Below are positions 38,723 to 54,788 of a stretch of DNA of 64,000 nt, piece after piece. Source of the DNA: Octopus vulgaris (taxonomy: Eukaryota); the NCBI GenBank assembly GCA_951406725.2, contig OX597820.1, positions 122,760,001 to 122,824,000 of the forward strand, given 5' to 3'. Both the position numbers and the translations under genes were made by a program. Numbering within the stretch: position 1 is the stretch's first letter; every line of letters starts with the position of its first letter. The notes under the pieces are model-generated. The model ran no database searches, was not told the origin of the DNA, and was given only the letters and a program-made list of their open reading frames with translations.

Positions 38723-39383
38723 TATCTAATATTGTGGTGTCGTGTGTAATACTGCAGTAAACGATGTGTCTACATTGAATCTATGAAAGAATCTCTTCGA
38801 TATCGGACAGAAAGTTACTGTTGACTGAGAATGTTAAAGCGTGATTTCTCTCTCTCTGTCTGCCTAGGGTTGGCCGACAGCATGCGCTAGAATGAACATT
38901 GAAGTGTGAAAGGATACTGTTCTCGTTTATAGATTCTCTAACCTCGGGTTTTCTGGCTGATCAATTTCTTCAGACACACACGACAATGAATTTCAATACC
39001 GTTGAATTCGCCTCTAGACTCCGAAATATTATTTAGGCATCGAATCGGCCTCTTCAGAACATATCCTTGCTTTTCCATCTTACTAGGTCGACAGAATGAT
39101 AGGTCATCAAGAAAAAGTGTGAGTTCTCGTATGCTGAAAACTTTAATTGCACTGATGACCTTTAACTATATTTTTTAGGTCTTCCTTCAGCCAGAGCTGA
39201 CCATGAAAGTATCTTTGCTGTTTCCAGCTCAGCTGGAGCAACGTCTCCGGTAGCTAAATAGGCCTATACGTGAATGACAGTCTTTCACTATAACGTTAAT
39301 GGTAGAAGACCAACGAAGCACGTGACTCCAAGCAGAATACCACCAGAGGACCAACGTTCAATAAAGATGTGAAGGAGATAAAA

Positions 39384-39781
39384 ATAATCTTTTCTACTCT
39401 AGGTGCAAGGCCCGAAATGTGTTTGGGGAGGGGGCCAGTCGATTAGATCGAAACCAGTACGCAACTGGTACTCAATTTATCGACCCTGAAAGGCAAATTC
39501 GACCTCGGCAGAATTTGAACCCAGAACGTAAAGTCAAGCGAAATACCTATTTCTTTACTACCCACAAGGGGTTAAACGCAGAGAGGACAAACAATTACAG
39601 TCAAACGGATTAAGTCGATTACATCGACCCCAGCGCGTAACTGGTACTTAATTTATCGACCCCGAAAGGATGAAAGGCAAAGTCGACCTCGGCGGAATTT
39701 GAACTCTGAACGTAACAGCAGACGAAATATCACTAAGCATTTCGCCCGGCGTGCTTAACGTTTCTGCCAGCTCGCCGCCTT
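39384..39781 (-). mobile_element. dimeric SINE family C structure
   Basis: One head and two bodies joined at CGAAATAC|CTATTTCTTTACTACCC. AGGAGATAAAA flanks the whole at 39373-39383 and 39782-39792. Confidence 0.88.
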
Positions 39782-42114
39782 AGGAGATAAAACTAAGCCG
39801 ATAGAGACGTAGAAGTTGGGCTTTTATCCACACTGAACTTGATAATAATAATAACTCAAGCACTTTATGTGACAATATTTCTCACATCCACAGAGAAGAT
39901 GTGTTTCAGTTTTTTCTTGTTATTAGTTACGCAATATATTGAACCCGTTCTATTCTAAGGATTTTTTTGCCGAACCACCATGAATCCTTTAGTGAATACT
40001 CCTTTTCCCGATTCATTTATTCGCTTCAATGCCTTTTAAAGAACAGATTTGAAGGTACTCACAAGAATTTTGAAGAATGCAAGTTTTCGTATTATGGTAC
40101 ATGTGGTTCCATCATCATACTACACTTCTTGTGCTTCCTTGAACCCATCATTTAAAAACAACCTCTATATTCAACATTTCGTCTCTTTGGTTAGAGATTA
40201 TTGGATGATGTTAAATTTGAACAAAGTGCTTCTTTTTTTGTTGAAGCTCAAACGTATCGATGGAAGATAGTTCTCCATTGTATTTGTTGTTTATAAACTT
40301 GTTCGATGTTCTCTCATTGGAAGCAATAACAGAAGCCAATAGTTTGTTGCTTGTCATTGCTGAAACTCTTCCTTGCTAAAATATCTGTTCCGTTTTCCCC
40401 CACCCTGAAATATTTTTGTCTTCACCACCATCATGATTAAATGCATCACCCTGAAACCTTTACAGCAGAAATATCTAAAACATCTCTTAAATTCATATCG
40501 AAAGGAAATTTACTGTTCTTAAATATTTCGTTGTTCATAGTGGAAATGTCGATCCCTTTTTCCTAATGCAGAAAATAATTTGCACTCGTCTGAAGGATTT
40601 ATTTGGCTACCACACTCATGGAAACAACTGCAGTCGACTCCGTAGTCAGGAAGAATTCTATTTTGGTCTTCGAGTCTGAAACAAGTAAAAGAAAGAAAAA
40701 CACAAGGAAAAACCATTGCTTTTCCTATGTCCTAGCTCTTGGTCAGTTACGACAACGAGTGACCCAGTCGGGTGGATCAACGGAGTAGCTTTCTCGTGAA
40801 ATTAACGTGCAAATGCCACGCGTACCAGGGAGATTCAGCGTAACATAAATGATAATAAGGTTGGCCATTCGAAACTCAAATACTACTCATTTTTGCTCGG
40901 ATAAAACTCGCCGCCGGGTATCGAACTCGCGACCTTACAATCATGAGCTGAATATCCTAGCTACGAAGCAACATGCCTTCTCTAAGCAAAAAAGATATAA
41001 AGATGTTGCAAACTCGACAAGATACAAACCCCCAATGCAATGCTAACACCAAATTACTATTGGAGAAATAAGCGAAATTAGTCAACAATTCCGTCCTCCA
41101 TTTTTCCAGGGCTGATTCAACTGAACCTAACAATTTTTGACATTGGTAAACGGCTGCGAATTTTAAAGGAAGTGTTGAGTTGAATTGCTTCCCGTTATTC
41201 GAATGGTTATTATTATATCACCACTTGGATTGCCAAATCTGGGTTAATGTTTGGTATTTAATCCGATTTCAGCCGCTTCAGACCCCGCCTCCCTTTGTCC
41301 GAATAGTTTTCAAAGTATTGCTTGACCTGCTGAGGATCTCTTTTATCACATTCTTAAAGTAAGGAAATATGTGAATCCGTAGTAATGTTGTCTCGGAAAC
41401 ATATCTTTTACAAAGACAAGATGATTACCGTTTGAATGATTTGAATAAAAAATTAAAAACTCTGCCGGATTAGGACAACAACGACAAATCTATTTTCTCG
41501 CGACCGGAATTATTTGATCAGCTGACATAACTATTTTCAAAATATAAATTTTTTTAAAAGAACGACATTCTAACCACAGAAGCTAAAGCAAAAAACGTAG
41601 GAGGAAAGGATCAGCGCCTTTTCATGAGAAAACTACTACGACATTCCACACTTTTTATCAAACCTCACAAGATATATTATACACTCTGTGGGGTTGTATC
41701 ATTCTAATTTCAATCTGGTTAGTGATGGTGATAGAACCGTTTCTCATCATGGTGATAGAATCGTTGTTCATCATGGAATCCAAATCGTAAATTTCTTAGA
41801 TAGCTAAACACATGAAGAATATACTCAGCATCTGGCACTGCTCACAACTTCACTGTACGACACTCTGGCCATACCAGCAATGGCAGAAGACGGCTAGGTA
41901 CTTTATATAAAATATAGTCAACCATCTTCTGTTCTTTGCTGCATGTGGTATATTCCGTATTGTTATATTCTTTGACAAAGGACATTAAACACAGAACAGA
42001 TGTGAAAAAATAAAAAAGAATAAAACTAAATCTAGTAAAATAAGTTGTTTTCCGAACTCAGATTACCAAGAAATCAAGCAATATTTATACTTATAGCATT
42101 TACACATGAAGTAC

Positions 42115-42272
<158 letters not shown>

Positions 42273-42398
42273 ACCTCTCATCTCCCCACTTGTCCCTCTC
42301 TGCATAGACTTTTGACCTATCTACTGATGTAATAGATCACTCATTTTTTTCACAGTCTCTACTCTTTCCATAAAAGCGTACAAATGTATGTCTGTTCG

Positions 42399-42459
<61 letters not shown>

Positions 42460-43048
42460 TATACATATAAATACATATGTATACATACATAAGAATAACA
42501 TATATATAAACATATACATGCGTTTGTGTATGGATATCAATGTATCAACTTTTCCCTCCCCCCCCACCATTCTCTATATTTTTCCCCTCGGTATCTCTGT
42601 CAGCCATTCTATCGAACATCGTTCAACATTTGTTAATGGACGGTCAGCAAAAGGATAGTTTATCGTTTTATCATTGGCAATATCAACAGTATTATCAAAG
42701 GCTATTTTCTATGGACGTTCAAATGTCACTCCGCTAGAAAAACCACGATTGATAAGATATTAAGAATATTAAATAACGCTTAATTGACGTCAAGCTGAAA
42801 AATAAAACAACCGAAAATAATCCAAATAAGTCTTCGTTGAAACATTTTCAATGGATGATATCGTGAATGTAACACAACGCACGTGGAAAGTAATCTGGTG
42901 AAAGTGATAGGCCGATGGCACACACACATACATACATACATTTATGACTAGCCCCAAGTATAAGAATATATATGTTTCTCTATATGTCTGTCGGTCTCTA
43001 TATATAAGTGCGTATATATTTGTGTGTGTGTGTGTGTGTCTGTGTGCG

Positions 43049-43107
<59 letters not shown>

Positions 43108-43154
43108 TTATATATATATTTATATATTTATTTATATATAAATATATATTTATA

Positions 43155-43197
<43 letters not shown>

Positions 43198-43240
43198 TTA
43201 TATATATATTTATATATATATTTATATATATATATATATT

Positions 43241-43296
<56 letters not shown>

Positions 43297-43343
43297 TTAT
43301 ATATTTATTTATATATATTTATATATATATATATATATTTATA

Positions 43344-44178
43344 CTAGCAGAATTGCCCGGCGTTGCTCGGGGCTGAATTACTTGAAAGTACTGTTAATGA
43401 TTGCACTGAATGATGATGATTATTCAGGCAAATATTGATATAAGTTTACGCTGGGAGATAAGGACTTAACGATCAAACGTGTGCCATTGCATTGTTTTGG
43501 GGGAACCAAATTTCTGATGAGCATTATAGGGGCACCAACTTTAAGTTTGAGAATGTGTGGTGGTAGTCCGGGTGCTCAAAGGAATTGAGTACCTCTATTG
43601 GATAGTTGATGACGTCCTCTGGGTCAGGAGTTGTATCGATAGACTGATATACATAGACTTCCCCAGGAATGAGTTTTAGCATTTCATCATTAATATGGTG
43701 AACAGTTTTATTCCTCGGGGCCAGTATAGCCTTTTTGCCAATCCAATCCATATTCTGATAATTAGCTTGTAGATCTGGGAACACTGCATCAGAAGGCGTC
43801 TTAACAATGGTACAAATGGAATCGATGGCAATATTACCATTTTCATCCCCTGGTATTTTGCCTTCGCCAAGTGCAAGGAGGGTGTGAGGAAATGCTGCTG
43901 ATGTGATATTACGTCGCATATGAGCACGCATATTGGTGTGAAGTTTGAGAGTTACTTCCCTTAATTTTAAAAAATGCATTAAAATGGGTAAAAATGATGG
44001 TAAATTATTTGTAAAATCGTAGACTCATCGTAGACGCGCGCTAATACCCAGAAGGGCTCGATATGAATCACGACTATAAGATACTCGGTTTTGGTTAAAC
44101 TGCATCGCAAAATGTGGGAGTAGTTAGGAATCTAAATCGGAGTAGACAGACACACAACCTTTCTTTTATATATAAAGA
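43344..44178 (-). mobile_element. internally deleted Helitron carrying a Pif1-like helicase fragment
   Basis: TC...hairpin...CTAG termini on the minus strand. Encodes LHTNMR, AILAPRNKTVHHIN, YPIEVLNS and, after a frameshift, [21 protein letters not shown]. Confidence 0.92.
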
Positions 44179-44835
44179 TTTTCGTCCTAAAAAACTTTGT
44201 ATGGAGTGAATAGTTACCTCTATGGAAATATATACACACACATTATACATACATGTGTGTATAGATGAATATATAAATACATTTAAATATCTATATACAC
44301 TTTTGGACGATCTTTCTGCTTCCTAGAGATAACTTTAGATGTTATTTTCGTCCTAAAAAACTTTGTGCGGAGTGAATGGTTACCTCTATGGAAATATATA
44401 CACACACATTATACATACATGTGTGCATAGATGAATATATAAATACATTTAAATATCTATATACACTTTTGGGCGATCTTTCTGCTACTTAGAGATAACT
44501 TTAGATCTTATATTCGTCCTAAATAACTTTGTATGGAGTGAATGGTTACCTCTATGGAAATATATACACACACATTATACATACATGTGTGTGTCTATAT
44601 ACACTTTTGGGCGACTGCTACTTAGAGATAACTTTAGATGTTATTTTCGTCCTAAAAAACTTTGTGCGGAGTGAATGTTTACCTCTATGGAAATATATAC
44701 ACACACGTTATACATACATGTGTGTATAGATGAATATATAAATACATTTAAATATCTATATACACTTTTGGGCGATCTTTCTGCTTCTTAGAGATAACTT
44801 TAGATGTTATATTCGTCCTAAATAACTTTGTATGA
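44179..44835. repeat. ~166-bp tandem repeat, about 4 copies
   Basis: TTCGTCCTAAA recurs near 44181, 44347, 44513, 44646 and 44812. The third unit has an internal deletion. Confidence 0.92.
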
Positions 44836-45086
44836 ATTGAAAAAGTAAATGAATTGAAATTCTAAAAGAAAGGAATTTGTTTACATACATGTGTAAAATG
44901 GCAAATGTTTGTGCAGTTGTCCGATGGAACTGATGTATTATAATGAATAGTCCTTCTTCTTGTGAATATTAATTTGATTAATATGAACTGAAAACCAGTG
45001 GTGTAGCATAGGTGATCTTCTAGCAAAAAGGATGACCAGTCTGAATGGGTCGTCCCTGTCACACACACACACACACACACACGCAC

Positions 45087-45154
<68 letters not shown>

Positions 45155-45760
45155 TAGCTTACAATGTCTGTCAACAATTGACACTGTCGTATATATTAGC
45201 GTGTCTATGTGTCTAAAGAGGAAGTGGAAGTAATAGGCAGAGTAAAGGCTTCAAAGTGAAATGTTAAAATATTGAGTTTTCTCGAATTTTGTCGTAATTG
45301 GGGGTGAAATTGAAATAAATTTTGTATGGCATGAACCAATGGAATTTCTTGGAAAAATCATAGGTAAAGTCTAATTGAAGAAATTGTGTGAGGAGTAAAT
45401 CATTATGTATTTATTTGTTTCTGTTTGCTGCTTTCTTTTTAAATATTACATCTAGTTTCACTTTATTCGTTGCACACTGTGTGTGTGCGTTTGCGTGTGC
45501 TGTAAACCAGACTAAGAAAAGCATTTGACATACACACCAGAATGTGAGTTTTCTGTAAATTTTGCTTAATTGGAGTTTAAATTTTAAAAACTGGACCTGG
45601 CATGACCCGATGCATTCTACTCTTAAAAATGCTAGGTAAATTGTAATTGAAGAAATCCTATATTGTAGATTTCTATAAGTTACAAAGGGAGGCAGATAAA
45701 ATCTGCCTTTTATAATAAGAGATATATTCATATATATACATATATATATTTATATATTTT

Positions 45761-45835
<75 letters not shown>

Positions 45836-45971
45836 ATATATATGTATTTATATATATATATATATTTATATATATTTATATATATACATATATATTTATA
45901 TATATATAAATATATATATATATATTTATATATATATTTATATATAAATATATATATATATATATTTTTAT

Positions 45972-46018
<47 letters not shown>

Positions 46019-46529
46019 TAAATAGATGTGAGTGTGTGTGTTTACATATGTATGGACGTATGTATATAGGTTTCGTGGTACAAACTGAGGAATAGCGTTT
46101 ATGCATTTCTTTACTTCTTCCCTGTGACTTTATCTACATTAGTGACTCAAGTGCCTCAAGCATTGGTCTCGCCAGTTAAATAGTTTGATAATGACTTCTG
46201 TAAGATTCTGTGGTTTTTAGTATAATTTTAGAAACCCCACCCCCCCCCACCCCGACTACCGCACACGCATACACAAACGTATTTTTTTCTATCTTGATGT
46301 CTTCAATCATTTTTAAGACGGCAATATGAAGCTTGAGGAATATTTGTCCATTTACATGCCTAAGATTCCTCATATACACATATACGCATATATACATGTA
46401 TGCACATATGTACATACCTACATATATATATGTGTGTGTGTGTGTGTATACAGACACACAGACACAGACAGACACACATATGTATACATGGACAGACGGA
46501 CATATGTCTGCATGTTCTTCCTCATGTAC

Positions 46530-46593
<64 letters not shown>

Positions 46594-46968
46594 GTATATA
46601 CACACACTAAATGAACTTAAGTGGAAAAGCAATGTAAATATCTTCTCCCTGACTCTAGACCAACGATGTAATATCCCCCAACCCAGTGTGTTATTAGAGT
46701 GTGGTATACCTATTACAAAGAAAACATATCACAGAAAGAGGCTCAACTCTTTTTACGGGTTCAATCAATCGACGTGGAAAAGTAAGACTGGTTTTAGTTT
46801 TGTTAAGAAATTGTTGAAATTTTTGTGTTGTTGGTGAAATGGAAACATGCCATGCAAATAAGTCATACGAATATAATGTGTGTAAACCAATAGAGCATTC
46901 ACACCCACATGACTGGTGTCAAACATATATAATCGTCTTTATAAATGTACGTGTAAATATATATATGC

Positions 46969-47052
<84 letters not shown>

Positions 47053-47204
47053 AATATATATATATACGCATATGTATGTATATATACGAGTATTGTTAGA
47101 TACACTAAAATAGGCTCATATAAATACATACATACATGCACGCTTGCATACACACGTGTGTATTCATACATACATACTTATATACATATGTGAGTGTGTG
47201 TATG

Positions 47205-47262
<58 letters not shown>

Positions 47263-47319
47263 CAGATAGATAGATGCATATGTATATGCCTGTATACCTG
47301 AATGCATTTATATATATAT

Positions 47320-49090
47320 GGTCACTTTTTCAATGGCCATTCTCTTGTGATTGCTGCCCTCTTTCGAGTTTCTTGCCGCTACGTAGGTTCATCTGGCATC
47401 TTGGACAGCAGATGTTCCAGGTTGTTTCTTGAAAACATCAAGCCCACTCCATGTAGATTTGGCAAGGGTTTTGGCAAAATATTAAATAACTTTGAGCCTT
47501 TGAATCCCAAACTGTTGCAGTACTTCGTTTTTACTCTAGATGGGAATGGTACGACATCCAGTTCGGGGACTGGCAAAACCTTCAATGCTAAAGTATGGTG
47601 CCAACCGTTCTCACAAACCTCTCCTGTCTTCACTCCTGAGAGTAGAGTTGTAATTCTTTCAGTCTCTGCCAGTCGCTCAGCTGTTCCATTGATGCAATCT
47701 TCTTGGTGTAGCATCACTGAACTGCCTCATGTTCAGCTATTAATTTGACACTGTGGAGTGACCACAGTTGAGAGCAGTAATCTAGACGATTGATGACATA
47801 TGTCCTCCATAGAACCAGCATAGTTTCCTGGTCCCTTGTTCTGAAGGTTCCCAAAATTCATTCGGCCACTCACTTACACATTGCCACCATCTTGGTCAAA
47901 TGTACATGAAACGAGATGTCGTTGCTTATATCAATCCTCAGATCACGCAGTATTTGACTCCGGGATTGCCGCTCCTTCTTGTGCAAAGTATCTTTCTTGT
48001 CGTGTGTTTACTCAAGCTGGCTGATAGAGGAGGGCTTGGAATTTTCTTACATTAAATTGCATGATTTCATTTGTATATGGCAATTAGATCTTTCTGTAAA
48101 TGATCGGCGTTGATTCAGCTCTATGGAAGTTCTGGTCAGAAAGGAGTCGGATGCTTCTAGAAGCCTTCCTATTCGCAAATTTCTAGGGACCATGCATTAT
48201 TAGTTCTAATTTAGGTCAGAGGAAATCTTCGGTGTCATCTTAACATTATGGACGTGCGCCGCATTATTTGTGAAGCAAATATACATAACATTTTTGCCCT
48301 TTGTTGGGTGGAGTACCTTTGCTCCATGAATAGTAAGTTTTTAAGGTCAAGCAGACACACTGCTTGCCTCTGTTCATGCAACAACATGCCTGAGAGAACA
48401 CGGCCCTCAGGCCATTCCATATTAAAGAGGTTGAATTCTCCCCAAAAGAACTATGTGAAGGCTGTTGTCTTAGCTGGTTGATACGTATCCCCTGTTTTTG
48501 AGGCTCTCTTCGAATGAGTCCCCATGATTTGGAGTCCCCATGATTTCGAATGAGTCCCCATTATTTTGGGGAGGATATTTAGTGCATATAACCTTTTCAT
48601 CTATTTAATGTGTCCCACCAGAGTATTGCAGACTGAGTTTGAATGTGACAGCAGCACTACAGGCGTGGCATCTTCCCGGTTGTACATTGCCCCTGCACCG
48701 TGAATTCTTTCCCGCCCGTCACTTCAAAATATAGCATTCTTTGGTATGTGTATGTCATTTCAGTGGTCAGGTGTGTTTCTGTTAATGCTATGCATATTGC
48801 TTGATTGCATGTAACTAAATCTCTCAGGTATAGGGGTTTGCGCTGCTTGGATGTTATAAAGCCCTTGGTATTCAGCAGGAACACTTGTGTGAAATGTGAG
48901 GTGTCAGTAATGGCCACAGCTCTGACATATGTGGAGCCATCAGATGTGGTTGCCCTGGATCTTTTGTTGTCTGCAGTTGTCTTGAGTGCTGGTACACGTG
49001 TCTCTGTCTCAGTGTCTGATGTAGACAGTTCAGCTGCCTTACAATCATCTGTGCCACATCTAAAAACAACCACTGTTCAGGCTTGAACGA
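47320..49090 (-). mobile_element. degenerate, internally deleted CR1-type LINE (APE endonuclease to RT C-terminus)
   Basis: LLNTKG...IALTETHL (APE motif), RLDYCSQLWSP and SLGFKGSKLFNILPK. Many stops and frameshifts. Confidence 0.8.
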
Positions 49091-49205
49091 TTGTGAAGAT
49101 TTCTTGGCATGAAACCATTGGCTGCCTTGTTAATACACAAATATAGAATATTTATCCATCAGTGCGGGGTTCAGCACTCATTCTCACCGTTCGATATAAG
49201 CGTCG

Positions 49206-49298
<93 letters not shown>

Positions 49299-49329
49299 CA
49301 TATAAATATATATATATATATATATATCA

Positions 49330-49573
<244 letters not shown>

Positions 49574-49970
49574 CATATATATATATGTGTATGTATGTGT
49601 GTATATCAGTGTAACAATGCTGGTGGCGTGGTTTTCACTTGTGGAGGCTCCCGCATCCACGTTGTGAAACGTATGGAATACGTTAAGCAATGTATTCTTA
49701 GATAACTATAGATCTGAAGAGACGCGATGGTCACAGCTATAACAACAGACCATAAGTTGTGAGACATAAATTACAACAGATACATTGATAGATAAAGTTA
49801 TCGTCACATTTAAACTGTATCTCGATAATTTCGCAAAAACACTGTCGGAGAATTCAAGTCGCACTCAGAGCAACTCATAAAATTCAGGATCATTTTCCGC
49901 CATATTTGTCTGATGCTGACTCCATAATGTCTATCAAATTATCTATATTTATTGTCTATTATCAGTATAA

Positions 49971-50062
<92 letters not shown>

Positions 50063-51584
50063 AAATTTAAATCAGAGGGTTACCTACTTGCAAACAAATG
50101 TGGTAACATGTAACAATATTGACCGAGGTTACTGCGGTCTTTTCCGTAGGCTTTTCTTCCCACGGATAAACCTTATCTGCTTCCCCCTTCACACCTTACA
50201 TCATGACACTGTGATACACGATCCCTATTGATCGTTTTTTTTCTCTTGTTTCTTTTCCTTTTTTTTCTTCTTCTTCTTTCCCTTTACGATCCCTTTTGAT
50301 CGAAAACCTACCCCACTTTTTTTTCTTTTTTCCCCCAAAAAGAAAAGCTCTACTTTGTAATCTGTCCGTCTGTGTGCAGCCCTGTGTGGCTAATAAAGAA
50401 ATATATCTATCTATTTGTCTGTCTGTCTGTCAGTCTCTCTCTCTTTCTACACACACGCACACATATATGTATATCACATTGATCTTTTATCATTATTAGG
50501 GGTCAACGAGGACCAGTGAGCTCGTGAATAAAGAATTCACAATTCGTATTTCGCTTCGAGTTTACTCAGAGACCTTGTAGGTATCCAGTAATATTAAACC
50601 CGGCGAAACGTAATATGTGTATATAATATTGTACGTATCATCAATATTAGCTGAGTTCTTTATGATAAAACGAATACTATCCTTACTTCTATTACGAGGT
50701 ACATTTTGATGTAGTTCTTTAAGAGTGCGATAATCAATGACTAAGCATAGTCGCTGATTCTAGAGAGATAAGATCTCATAAATTGTGTCAACTAAATCCA
50801 ACACAATTAATTTAAACGCATTTTATGTTTTTGTTTTGATCAAGTAATGATATATTTCGGCTTTTTATCGCTCGGTAAGTCGGATAATGTTAGGCGTTTC
50901 AGCAATATATATCCCTTCTTTTTGCCAGGGCTTTGCATAGCTACGATTATATTATTTGCGACGGCCATCTCTTTCCAAGATTGTAGAAGGTAAATTCGAA
51001 GAAAATTGGATATTTTTAGAATCCTTTGATTTAAAGAATAGAGATAAGCACTAACCACGTGGTACACTTACAATTTGGAAATGAATTCGGAGTGCAGTGG
51101 CCATTCGTTGATTCGGAAAATGTACCCTTTCGGAAATTTAAAATAACTGGAATACATAAGTTTGTTAAACTATTAGATTAGTCACATATAATTATTAATA
51201 TAGCAGTGATGACAATTAAGGACGATACCAGAAAACCAGTCGAAGAATAAGTCTTGTGTATAATGCCTTTTATACAGAGATATATCTACCGAGGCAACAA
51301 ATTTAATTTCTTTCCCAGCCTCCAAGTTCATCTGACTTCAAGAGGTTTATCAACAGTGGATATTAGATTACCTTCAGCAGCAGAAACTTTGTGGAGTTGA
51401 CAAATAGCTCTTCAAATTGCGAGGAACCAACGTCAATTACAGGAGAGAACTTATCATGTCACTACACACTTTCAGATTTTACTGGTTTCATGCAGCCCTC
51501 TATATTTAGGCGGAAAAGCCGTCATCATCGCTATCAAATGATAGAGGAGCACTCAGATAACAGACCTAGACGCAGACCGTGTAA

Positions 51585-51913
51585 TCTCTCTAATTATAAA
51601 CGGCTAAATGTCTGCGTGTGTGTCCTTTATACAAATCCACAATTTTTCAGTTAGCGGGCTCGAACTTTCCATGGTCATTCAAAACCGTCCAAGGGTGGTC
51701 GTGCACATCTTTACATTTCCCCAGTCACCCCGGAAAAAGCCATTAAAAATTCAATAGAAGTGACTTTTTTGTGAATTTTCTATCCAAAACCCAATCAAAA
51801 TGCCCGAAACTTGATACGCCAATTGAATGCCAGCTAGCTGTATTTGATTGGTCAGAGATTTGGACAGTTTTCGCGTGTATGTGCGCACGCACGTTGCCGG
51901 GTCATAGTGCTAG
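51585..51913 (+). mobile_element. non-autonomous Helitron (second family)
   Basis: A|TCTCTCTAATTATAAA 5' end. GTTGCCGGGTCATAGTGCTAG|T 3' end. Confidence 0.75.
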
Positions 51914-52910
51914 TTCCTTATAATTCATTAAACAAAAAAAGATAGACGATGATTATTCCTGTTTAGGCAGCTGGACGTCATACAAAATTGATTCGGAAGA
52001 AGGATTTTTGATGAAATTTTTCATACAGCAAACGTAATATATTCAGTGCTAAAGGAATCGATGTTGTTTTTATTCTTTTCATTTACCTGCCAGATTAAGA
52101 AGATAGGAACGAATTTTGTTGTTATTGATGGTTTGCCTTAGATCTAACAGCAAAGGCGTACCAAACCCAGACATGAAATATTTTTCACTCGTAGAATATT
52201 CGTAGTTGAATTACCATAGATGATCTACTTTCGATAAAAGTTGTTCCAGTTATAATAGCCGTCATAATAATTTTTGCATCAGTCATATAAATCTGGTCCT
52301 TCTTTTCATTTCTTGATGAAATGATCGGAAAGAATTTCAGCTGCCATTTCTGACATGACAGCATCTACGTACTGGGAAATACGTTTACCTGTTGGCATAC
52401 ATGTGTTGTAAGCACAGTAACATTGATATTTATGTTAGTACAAGCTTCACACTTGTAGGCGATGATGGCTATATAATAGCATAATTCAAAACCGGTAACA
52501 AATATTGGCACACACCCAGAGGATGTAGGTTAGGGTCATATCCACCATAGCTGGCTTTAAAACAACAGCAAAAACAAACCAAACACAAAAATCCGGAGGA
52601 TCTCTCGTAGACGAGTTCAGTAACAACGGTGAGGAGTGAAAGAAAGCTACATAAATAAATCTCTCCCGCGAACGTCTTATGACCGTCGGTGTCCAGAAAT
52701 TTCCTCGGATTGCGGATGTGTCAAAGGAAATTTTGTTTTCTAATGAAAACGCAGAAAATAAATTTTAGGGAAAGTAACTCGGTCAGTTACATCGAACGCA
52801 GGAAGCCCCTGAAAAATGAATCTCCCAAAACATAAAATACCACAGCAACATTAATTTAAAATGGTCTGGCTCACTCCCTTACTCAAACATTAAACTGGCT
52901 TCTATCATTC

Positions 52911-53337
52911 ATTACTCTTACTCTTTACTCTTTTACTTGTTTCAGTCATTTGACTGCGTCCATGCTGGGGCACCGCCTTTAGTCGAGCAAATCGACCCCA
53001 GGACTTATTCTTTGTAAGCCTAGTACTTATTCTATCAGTCTCTTTTGCCGAACCGCTAAGTTACGGGGACGTAAACACACCAGCATCGGTTGTCAAGCGA
53101 TGTTGGGGGGGGGGACAAACACAGACACACAATCATATACACAAACATACACACATATATGTATACATATATACGACGGGCTTCTTTCGGTTTCCGTCTA
53201 CCAAATCCACTCACAAGGCTTTGGTTGGCCCGAGGCTATAGTAGAAGACACTTGCCCAAGGTGCCACGTAGTGGGACTGAACCCAGAACCATGTGGTTGG
53301 TAAGCAAGCTACTTACCACACAGCCACTCCTGCGCCT
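52911..53337 (-). mobile_element. SINE family A, full length
   Basis: Reverse complement of 4932-5380. Confidence 0.9.
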
Positions 53338-53929
53338 GTTATTTCTTTAGTTTTTACTTTGTCTTATTTTGTTTTGCTTTAAAGAAAGACTTTGTTGGTA
53401 AAATAAAAGTGTGGACGATACTCAGGGGACAAACGTAGATTTAATGTGTATGTTACACACACATTCAAACAGACACACACACTCTCTCTCTCTCTCACAC
53501 ACACACCAATACACCTCATATAATATGTATGTGTACAGGGTCAGATGTGTTGTGTCAGCTTAACTATATGAGTCATGTATCTACTTTAGCAAATACTCTT
53601 GCCGTTCATGAATACTTTATACATGTTTACTGAGGCACGCAGTCGCACACACACATACACACGCGCGTTTACACATACACACGCGCGCGCATATAATCAT
53701 CTACGCAGTCACAAATTAACACACGCCTCAATTCACACATCTGCATCGTCAATGCATTTAAGCCTAGAGTCACGAATATGAACAAGAATACTTATATTAG
53801 ATTCTACACACGTAAAAATGCCACACACAGCCACATACAATCATATATACATACATTAAATACTTTATATCATATATGCATGTGGATATAGATATATAGA
53901 TCAAAATTTATGTACACACACACAACATA

Positions 53930-53937
53930 AATATATT

Positions 53938-53968
<31 letters not shown>

Positions 53969-54155
53969 GTATATATATATATGTATATATATATATATAC
54001 GTATATATATATATACGTATATATATATATACGTATATATATATATATGTATATATATGTATATATATGTATATATATGTATATATATATATATATGTAT
54101 TTATAAATATATGTATATATATGTATATATATGTATATATATGTATATATATATG

Positions 54156-54189
<34 letters not shown>

Positions 54190-54223
54190 TATAAATATAT
54201 ATGTATATATATATATATGTATA

Positions 54224-54270
<47 letters not shown>

Positions 54271-54373
54271 GTATATATATGTATATATATATCTATATAT
54301 ATATGTATATTTATGTATATATATATGTATATATATATGTATATATATATCTATATATATATGTATATATATA

Positions 54374-54453
<80 letters not shown>

Positions 54454-54490
54454 TAGATAGATAGATATATATATACATATATATACATAT
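53930..54490. repeat. (TA)n/(TATATG)n microsatellite
   Basis: Directly visible. Confidence 0.95.
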
Positions 54491-54720
54491 AGACCATCTT
54501 ATCTGACTGTAACCATGTACGTAAAGAGTAGGAAAGAGCAGATGATTTACTCCATAACTACTCGGAGTTTACCTCCAAGCGCAGACACTCTCGCACCATT
54601 CATATATGCACACACACACATACACACACATACACACACACATGTGTGTACATGTATGTATCTTTTACCTTTTACTTGTTTCAGTCATTTGGCTGCGGCC
54701 ATGTAGGAGCACCACCTTGA

Positions 54721-54788
<68 letters not shown>

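Noticed and set aside
38860-40500. Possible RTE-like LINE remnants around the 39.4-kb SINE
   Set aside because: The composition is suggestive but I could not read convincing motifs by eye.
49709-49742. CTGAAGA followed by a gac/gtc stem
   Set aside because: The GAAA box is missing and helix I is absent.
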